Assembly: GCA_900316415.1 (NCBI GenBank)
Contig: ONCV01000002.1
Location: 107,211-171,210 of the forward strand
DNA: 64,000 nt
Direction of reading: 5' to 3'
Source: an uncultured Eubacteriales bacterium
GTDB lineage: Bacteria > Bacillota > Clostridia > Christensenellales > Aristaeellaceae
Position numbers and translations under genes: made by a program. The stretch's first letter is position 1, and each line of letters starts with the position of its first letter. The notes under the pieces are model-generated. The model made no database searches. It was not told where the DNA came from and worked only from the letters and a program-made list of their open reading frames with translations. Shown one piece after another: positions 57,557 to 64,000 of this stretch.

Positions 57557-57585
57557 ATGATATCATATTTCATCCGGGATGTCCA
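57557..57585 (-). promoter_or_regulatory. sigmaA-type promoter with extended -10 heading the 8-gene sugar cassette
   Basis: TGGACA-17nt-TATCAT with TG; the -10 lies within the palindrome ATGATATCAT. Confidence 0.6.
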
Positions 57586-57622
57586 ATGGCGATTGTCTGT
57601 GTGCCGGTCCGGGTGCCGTTGT

Positions 57623-59185
57623 CTATGCGTCCGTCCGGGTGCACCGAACCAGAACCCCCTTGCCCTGATAGATTTCCTCCGTCTCATAGCCCATCTGCCG
57701 GAAGGCGGCGAGGAACTCACTGTAGCTTCCGACAAAATTGCTGCTGGTGCCGAGATAGTAGAATTCATTCTCCTCAAAGATTCCGGTATCGCTCAGGCGG
57801 GAAATCACCTCCCCTGCGCTGGTGAAATTCATCCAGTCGCCGGAGGTCACCAGCTGCTGCAGATACTCCTCCTTCCAGGCGGGGTCATGCATCAGATAAT
57901 ACACAAAGATGACCTCCGAATGGGAGTGGACGATCGTTCTCTTTTCGTAAGCCTTCTCCGCCATCCAGGCGGTTTCCGCTTCCCGGACCTGATCCTTGGG
58001 CTCCATCCGGGTCATCATCCGGATTCCCGATGCGCAGTACGGCACCAGCAGCAGCGCGGCCAGCGCCAGCGCAATCCGGCGTGTCCGGGTCGTTCTCCTT
58101 CCGGCTTCCTGCAGCAGCAGGAAGGTCCCGCCGATTCCAAACAGGAGCAGCAGGGGAAGATAGAACAGGACATACCTGCCGCTCATATTCTCGGTTCCCA
58201 GCGTGCCGTCCCACACATTATATCCGTAGAAGGAGCAGGCGACCGCCGCAAAGAGCACCACCCAGATGCAGGCGCACACCGCTAGCAGGCAGAGCAGCAG
58301 GGACTTCATCCTTCCCCGGGGCATCAGCAGCGCCGCGGCGGCGGCCCCCGTCAGGAACAGAATCCAGATGGCTCCACCGATTTCCCCTCCGGCAGCGCGG
58401 CAGAGAAGGTGCCAGAATTCCCAGACGAAATCCCGGAGCGGTCCGCCGTGGAAAAAGACCGGCGAATGGCTCACCTCCATCGTTCCCTGATGCTGGATCT
58501 GCGGAATCAGGAAGAAGATCACCAGGGGGATCGCCAGCAGCACCGCTCCGCCGGAAAAAAGCAGCATCTGCTTTCTCTTCGTCCCGTCCTTCCACATCCG
58601 GATCATCAGCGCCAGATACAGGGGCACCACCGCGAATGCCGCGCCGTACTGGCTGTAGACGGACAGGCAGGCGCAGAGAAAGAAGCCCGCCAGGGAGCCC
58701 GTCCCTTTCTCCAGAAATGCCTTCACGAAGAAGAACAGGGTCCAGCACAGAAAGCAAAGCACCAGGTTGTACTCCGCGCATTCCAGGGCATATTCCATCA
58801 CCTGTCCCGTAAACAGGTAGGCCGCGGTTCCCGCCGCCGCCCAGAGCGGATCCGTCATTTTCCGGAAGGCCAGAAACAGGCCGATCCCGCCCGCCAGCGT
58901 GGTCAGAATGCCCGCCAGCCGGAAGCCGAACTCGGAATCAAACGCGAGCAGCCACAGATGCATCAGCACGTTGTACAGCGGCGGCTGAAAGGTCTCCGTG
59001 ATCCGTTCGTACATATTCTGCGTCTCGCTCCAACCGGGCACCGGACCGGATACCACGCTGGAATAAAAGTACTCCACGCCCTCGTCATACCACAGGCCGG
59101 AACGGGTGGCATTCAGGCACAGCAGCACCAGCGCGGCCAGCAGCACAATCGCCGCCGGAACCCATTTAACCGCCTTTGCTTTCAT
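57623..59185 (-). CDS. GT-C (GT39/ArnT-like) polytopic membrane glycosyltransferase
   Basis: LWYDE after TM1, QPPLY..L.H.W, E...Y, GRY. Confidence 0.72.
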   Translation of the reverse strand: MKAKAVKWVPAAIVLLAALVLLCLNATRSGLWYDEGVEYFYSSVVSGPVPGWSETQNMYERITETFQPPLYNVLMHLWLLAFDSEFGFRLAGILTTLAGGIGLFLAFRKMTDPLWAAAGTAAYLFTGQVMEYALECAEYNLVLCFLCWTLFFFVKAFLEKGTGSLAGFFLCACLSVYSQYGAAFAVVPLYLALMIRMWKDGTKRKQMLLFSGGAVLLAIPLVIFFLIPQIQHQGTMEVSHSPVFFHGGPLRDFVWEFWHLLCRAAGGEIGGAIWILFLTGAAAAALLMPRGRMKSLLLCLLAVCACIWVVLFAAVACSFYGYNVWDGTLGTENMSGRYVLFYLPLLLLFGIGGTFLLLQEAGRRTTRTRRIALALAALLLVPYCASGIRMMTRMEPKDQVREAETAWMAEKAYEKRTIVHSHSEVIFVYYLMHDPAWKEEYLQQLVTSGDWMNFTSAGEVISRLSDTGIFEENEFYYLGTSSNFVGSYSEFLAAFRQMGYETEEIYQGKGVLVRCTRTDA

Positions 59186-59205
59186 GGTCTACTCCTTCCT
59201 CTTCC

Positions 59206-60723
59206 CTACCAGTTGAGGTTAAAGGTGATTCTGCTCCAGATCCAGTCCGTGGTTCCCTGGAAGTAGGAGGTATAGCTGAAGTCGTCCGGCACCAGAAAAA
59301 GCAGCACGACCAGCGCAATGCAGAAGCAGGCCGCCAGGCACGCCTTCCAGCTGGCGGCAGCCGGCTTCGCCTGCCTGGAGAACCATTCCCCGATCCCCAT
59401 GAACGCCCCGATGCTCAGAAGATAGAGCACATCGCTCTTGTGCCGCTCCACGATCAGCGGAACCCACATGGCCTGAAACAGGACCACGATGACCACCGCA
59501 GCCACCAGCACCGTCTGAAAGCCCCCCATATCCTTTTCCCGGGAAATTCTTCTCCCCGCGGGGCTCAGGCAGGTAAACGCCGCGAACAGCGCAGGGCAGC
59601 AGCTGACCGCGCCGATTCCGATCGGAAGGAACGGGAAGGCCGTCTCCAGCCGGGGAACGGCGAACAGGGTGTTCCAGGTGACCACCAGAACCCGGACCAG
59701 GTCATTCAGGCCGTGAATGCTTCCCAGGCTGGTCTGGTCATCATTCGTCAGCTGATAACGCTGCCCGAATTCAAAGGGGTTTTCGAACCTTGCATAATTG
59801 TACCACATCAGGCCTGCCGCCACCACCAGGTAGGGGGAAGCCGCCCACAGAAGCTGCCCGGCCCGCCGAAGAGTAAGCTTCTTCCCCTTCATGTACTGAA
59901 TCACCATCGGAAGGACGACCAGATTGGCCAGGGCCAGGGGCGGTCTGCAGCCGAAGGTGAGGGCGCCGCAAAGGGATCCCCAGAACGCCCAGCGGATCGC
60001 GGACTGTTCAGTCCTTTTCTCCCAGACTGCCCGGGAGAAAAAGTACAGGCTCCATACCTCCAGCATCATGCCGCAGGCAATGGGGGTCTGATACAGCGTG
60101 GGAAACTTGGTCACATAAACCGTGGACAGCATGGAAAACAGAATGATCAGCAGGATCAGAAGCCCGATGGTCATCTGCGGAAACTTTTTCCGGGCGAGCC
60201 AGAGGAAATAGACCGCCAGCCCGATCATGAACACCGCGGCGAAAAGCTGGCTCGCGTGTACGGAGGGAAGCGCCTGCCCTGTCAGGAGCCGATAGGGCAG
60301 GAATGCGAGGAAAACCGGCACCACACCGAAATACATATAGAACCGGCCGTGATAGTAGGCGTGATCCAGCAGGTACGGAACCTCCTCCCGGTCCCTCAGC
60401 GCCGTATCATAGGGGTTCTCCATGGCCAGCAGCTTCGGATCCGGCTCCATATCAAAATCCAGCCGATGGTTCAGGAATGATTCCGTGATCCGCTCGTATT
60501 CATCCATGTAATCCACCATGGAACCATTCCACATGGGGGAGAGCATCGAGCAGAAGAGCATCACGCAGATCAGCACCGCCACCGTCAGCACGATCCAGAT
60601 CCGGTGTTTTCCCCGGATCTCCGCCACCGCAGTCCGGTGAAGGGCCGCCTTCGGCCGGATCAGGAACAGGCCTGCTCCGATTCCTCCCCAGAACAGAATC
60701 CCTGTCAGTATACTTTTAATCAT
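59206..60723 (-). CDS. Polytopic membrane protein, putative GT-C
   Basis: DEYE..ES, DP..MENPYD, DHAYY.GRFYMYFG.VP, NYARF..PFEFG..YQLT; paralogue of 45296-46804. Confidence 0.62.
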   Translation of the reverse strand: MIKSILTGILFWGGIGAGLFLIRPKAALHRTAVAEIRGKHRIWIVLTVAVLICVMLFCSMLSPMWNGSMVDYMDEYERITESFLNHRLDFDMEPDPKLLAMENPYDTALRDREEVPYLLDHAYYHGRFYMYFGVVPVFLAFLPYRLLTGQALPSVHASQLFAAVFMIGLAVYFLWLARKKFPQMTIGLLILLIILFSMLSTVYVTKFPTLYQTPIACGMMLEVWSLYFFSRAVWEKRTEQSAIRWAFWGSLCGALTFGCRPPLALANLVVLPMVIQYMKGKKLTLRRAGQLLWAASPYLVVAAGLMWYNYARFENPFEFGQRYQLTNDDQTSLGSIHGLNDLVRVLVVTWNTLFAVPRLETAFPFLPIGIGAVSCCPALFAAFTCLSPAGRRISREKDMGGFQTVLVAAVVIVVLFQAMWVPLIVERHKSDVLYLLSIGAFMGIGEWFSRQAKPAAASWKACLAACFCIALVVLLFLVPDDFSYTSYFQGTTDWIWSRITFNLNW

Positions 60724-61793
60724 CCGGGTTTCTCCTCTCCGCGGTCATTTCCCGCTGTTTTGCCTTTTCCCCGCCGCCGTATCCTTCCCTCAATCGGTCC
60801 GAACACGGCCGCCAGCAGAACGCAGAACAGCAACGTCAGCGGGAAGCACACCAGAAGCCGGATCCAGGGAAGCCGCGCAGGCACCAGCAGGGTGCTGATC
60901 CCGGCGGAAGCATAGAACGCGAAGGACTGATACAGGAAAACCGTTGTGGTCCGATGTGAAAAGCAATCCACCAGCCGGGACAGCACCGGAACGCGCTGCG
61001 CCCGGTCCATCGCGGCGTCCAGGCCCTTTCTGCCGGCCAGCAGAAGGCTCATCCAGAAGATGGAGAACACCAGGAAAACCGGATCGGGCGGAAATTTATG
61101 CACCTGCATGTCCAGATTCTGCCCCGCCAGTCGCAGCCCCAGAAGCGCCAGCGCGGAGAGGGCCGCCGGGAGATACCAGCGGGCGGTCCCCGCCCGGCGG
61201 ATCTCCGGATAGTAAAGCCCCGCGAAGGTCCACAGCAGATAGAAGGCCGGATACCGAAGCCATCCCGCCTCTGCTTTCAGCGAAAGGGCATACAGCAGCC
61301 CCAGCGCGAAAGCGCAGGCGATTCCCCCTGCCCGGCTTTTTCTCATCTCCCGAAGCAGCGGAAGAACCGCTGTCACCGCCAGATAGACCGGAACGAACCA
61401 GACCGCGTAATCCAGATAGGGCAGCTCCGTGATCTGCCGATTGATGGGAAGAATCCAGGAAAGCAGAATCCGGAGAGCTTCCTTTCCCTCCACCGCTCCG
61501 GCGGTTCCGGCGGCGTGCGCAATGGAGAGCGCCGCGCAGATCAGCGCATACACCCAGTAGGGAATCAGGATCCGGAGCCATCTCTTCCGGACAAATGTCC
61601 AGGGGGACTCTTCCCTGGAATACCCGCTCGACGCGCCGGTCACAAAGAAAAACAGCGGCATCTCAAAGAGCAGCAGGGACTTGTAGAGATTGATTCTCGC
61701 GGAAGAAAAGAAATCCGGCCAGTAGAGCGCGTGAACGACAATCACCTGCAGCATCGCCAGGCAGCGGAGGTGATCCAGCGTCTTATCTCTCAT
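60720..61793 (-). CDS. Acyltransferase-3 (OafA-like) family protein
   Basis: R...LD.LR..AM..VI..H, MPLFFF.TG, KR..RILIPY, WF; start trimmed to MRDKTLD. Confidence 0.85.
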   Translation of the reverse strand: MRDKTLDHLRCLAMLQVIVVHALYWPDFFSSARINLYKSLLLFEMPLFFFVTGASSGYSREESPWTFVRKRWLRILIPYWVYALICAALSIAHAAGTAGAVEGKEALRILLSWILPINRQITELPYLDYAVWFVPVYLAVTAVLPLLREMRKSRAGGIACAFALGLLYALSLKAEAGWLRYPAFYLLWTFAGLYYPEIRRAGTARWYLPAALSALALLGLRLAGQNLDMQVHKFPPDPVFLVFSIFWMSLLLAGRKGLDAAMDRAQRVPVLSRLVDCFSHRTTTVFLYQSFAFYASAGISTLLVPARLPWIRLLVCFPLTLLFCVLLAAVFGPIEGRIRRRGKGKTAGNDRGEEKPG

Positions 61794-63322
61794 CTGTTTT
61801 CCCTCTGCTTGGCCAGAACCCGGTAGAAGAAGGAATCCGAAACGTCCGTGCACAGGAAATAATTCACTTCCTCCTTCGCGTTCAGAACGGAACCATACTC
61901 ATCCCGTACCACGGGCCGGTATCCGTTCAGCCGGAATTCCGCAAACCCTCTCTTCATTTCCGTCGCGCCGGTCAGGGCGCCGATGGTCAGCGCCGCTACC
62001 AGCGCCCAGGACAGCAGCCGCCGCTGCCGGGGAGACGGCTGGGTCAGGAATCGGATGCAGTACACGCACAGGAGGGTCAGCGCCGGGGTGGACGCGCGCA
62101 TCACAAAATCATTGTAATTCGCTCCCATCTGAAACAGGGGAATCAGGGCCAGCGAAGCGCAGGACAGCAGGAAAACCGGATCCTTCCGGAACCGGGAAAA
62201 CAGAATCGCCGCATAGATTCCCCATTCGATTCCCAGGAACAGAACATATTTGTACAGATAATTTCCCAGGGTCGGATAATACTCCCGATACATTTCCACG
62301 TGGAAGGGATCCCCGCCCACCGCGTGGTTGGAGGTCAGGAACAGCAGCATGGGGATCATGCCCAGCACCGCCAGGAGATTTTCCGGACTGAAAACCATTT
62401 TCCACACGGCCTTCCGGTTCCGGTTTCGAACCAGGGCCACGCAGAAGCATCCGGCGCACAGCACCACCAGGCCCACCAGCGGGAACGGCGCGTATGGCAG
62501 GCAGATCAGCCCGATCAGGGCATACGTCCGGATATCCCCGGCGGAATGGAGGAAGAGCAGGGTCATGATCCAGGCGGGCACCGCCTGATTGTAAACCCAG
62601 AAAAGGGAGGTGGTCATGCTGGGATACTCCCAGGTCACGGACCACCATTCGATATGGGGGGACCATTCCTCCCGCAGGAAGCAGATCAGCCCGTCCATGC
62701 CGGAAAAGAAGATGAACAGCAGCACGACGCCCGCCACATGTTCGCCCCTCCGCAGATACGAAAGCAGCAGCAGAAAGGCCAGCAGCAGCAGCCAGACCGT
62801 CTGCAGAAACTGCATCATGTTCGCCAGCGTCCAGGCGAACGCAGGGCCGAACAGCAGTCCGCCGCCCTTTCCCAGCAGCGCGGGCAGGATCCAGTATCCC
62901 AGATAATAGGTCAGGGCGCTGTCGGTCTCCGGAAAGTACACCGGCCAGGGATGATCCAGCAGGTCGTGCAGGATCGCGTTCCGGTTGTTGAAGTCCAGGC
63001 TCTGGGCAAAGAATCCCCCGATGCCGGACAGATACGTCCATGCCGCGGCCGCCAGCAGGCAGAAGAGCAGAGAGCCTGGGGACAGTTCAAAGGCATCCCC
63101 ATCCGCCTTTCCGGGAAGTTCCGCCGGCCTTTCATCGTTCAGTCCTTTCCGGTAAAAAAACACCGCTGCCCCCAGCACGGCGCTGCTGAGCAGGCCAAAA
63201 TACCATCTCAGATGGGTCAGGTAAAACAGAACCGTCGGCGCAGCCAGGGAGAGCACGGCCGCGGTTTTCAGCCCGCTGATGGAAAGCCGGACGCGCGTCC
63301 CTCCGCCCTTTCGCAACGGCAT
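61790..63322 (-). CDS. Polytopic membrane protein, putative GT-C
   Basis: D...RNAI..DL...PWPV, YY.G.W...A, W..NQ..P.W, DF.MR; AAGGAGG RBS. Confidence 0.6.
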   Translation of the reverse strand: MPLRKGGGTRVRLSISGLKTAAVLSLAAPTVLFYLTHLRWYFGLLSSAVLGAAVFFYRKGLNDERPAELPGKADGDAFELSPGSLLFCLLAAAAWTYLSGIGGFFAQSLDFNNRNAILHDLLDHPWPVYFPETDSALTYYLGYWILPALLGKGGGLLFGPAFAWTLANMMQFLQTVWLLLLAFLLLLSYLRRGEHVAGVVLLFIFFSGMDGLICFLREEWSPHIEWWSVTWEYPSMTTSLFWVYNQAVPAWIMTLLFLHSAGDIRTYALIGLICLPYAPFPLVGLVVLCAGCFCVALVRNRNRKAVWKMVFSPENLLAVLGMIPMLLFLTSNHAVGGDPFHVEMYREYYPTLGNYLYKYVLFLGIEWGIYAAILFSRFRKDPVFLLSCASLALIPLFQMGANYNDFVMRASTPALTLLCVYCIRFLTQPSPRQRRLLSWALVAALTIGALTGATEMKRGFAEFRLNGYRPVVRDEYGSVLNAKEEVNYFLCTDVSDSFFYRVLAKQRENR

Positions 63323-63417
63323 TTCTGCATTCCTCCTTTTCCGTCTTCCCGCCTTCCGGAAGGCGGGAAGAAAACTCCCTCATGAATTCGCTCCGCGGGC
63401 AGGCGGAGCGTGTTTTC

Positions 63418-64000
63418 TCAGAGGGGTTCCTTTTTGTCCCGCTTCATGTCCTTCCGCAGCCTGCGGAAATCCCCCACCGCCTTCCAGCCGATGCGGAAGA
63501 TTTTCCGCAGGTTGATGGAGTTTTTCCCGGCCTTCCGGGGGCTGAAGGAAATCGGCAGGAACAGAACCTTTTCCCCGTAGCGCACAAAATAGGCGGTCAT
63601 CATGATGTTCGGCAGGTTGAAATCCCGGGGAAGCCTGTCGATATATTTCTTCAGGAGTTCGGAGCGCATCAGCCGGAACGGGGCGTTCGCGTCCCGCACC
63701 CGGACGCCGAAGATCAGCCACAGCAGGAAGCATACGATCTTCTCCACCCATTTCCGGGCCAGTCCGTCACCCCGGTGCGGCCGTCTCCCCAGAATGGCGT
63801 CGTACTCGCCGCACTTCTCCCAGAAAGCCCCGAATTCCGCGGGATCGGTCTGCCCATCCGAATCCGTCTGGAAAACCCAGTCCGCCCCGTGTTCGATGGC
63901 ATACCGGTATCCGTACAGAACCGCGGATCCATGTCCGCCGTTTTCCTTGGAAACCGGAAGAAGCAGCGGACGGCTCTCCGCGAGGGCCTGCAGCCGCTCC
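63418..64000 (-). CDS. GT2 DPM-synthase-like glycosyltransferase, C-terminal part (runs off right edge)
   Basis: Manual translation: ENGGHGSAV..GY, FQTDSDGQTDP, G.R, DANAPFRLM, ending ...DKKEPL*. Confidence 0.85.
   Translation of the reverse strand, partial: ERLQALAESRPLLLPVSKENGGHGSAVLYGYRYAIEHGADWVFQTDSDGQTDPAEFGAFWEKCGEYDAILGRRPHRGDGLARKWVEKIVCFLLWLIFGVRVRDANAPFRLMRSELLKKYIDRLPRDFNLPNIMMTAYFVRYGEKVLFLPISFSPRKAGKNSINLRKIFRIGWKAVGDFRRLRKDMKRDKKEPL

Noticed and set aside
57557-57566. Perfect palindrome ATGATATCAT as an operator
   Set aside because: Only 10 bp, overlaps the -10 box, no second copy noticed and no regulator gene in the window; insufficient alone.

Overview
GC-rich bacterial chromosome segment, most likely a Clostridia-type Bacillota (inferred from the dnaD/dnaC pair, strong AAGGAGG Shine-Dalgarno sites and sigmaA-type promoters). 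About 55 genes, all on the minus strand except one 3-gene cassette at 21.9-25.6 kb. The left ~8 kb is housekeeping and envelope: plsX (partial), proS, Mrp/NBP35, a six-repeat peptidoglycan-binding lipoprotein, a barnase-like RNase, rlmH and a TrmH methyltransferase. From ~8 kb to the right edge, interrupted only by arsC-like/dnaC/dnaD, lies a very large cell-surface glycan decoration locus that runs off the window. It holds about 14 polytopic GT-C-like membrane proteins and about 5 candidate polyprenyl-phosphate-sugar synthases (4 GT2 plus a UbiA-type phosphoribosyltransferase). It also holds an Arn-like 3-amino-dideoxyhexose module, twin nucleotidyltransferases with HAD and TagF-family genes, two acylation systems and a CotH kinase. 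The best novelty candidate is a promoter-bounded 8-gene cassette (transaldolase, SIS isomerase, SDR, nucleotidyltransferase-GmhB fusion, GHMP kinase, Gfo/Idh/MocA, NAD epimerase, GT2). Its gene content parallels the lincosamide GDP-octose pathway but appears wired to a lipid-linked surface-glycan donor. No rRNA, tRNA, CRISPR array or transposase was recognised. All family assignments come from motif recognition by eye; no database search was run.
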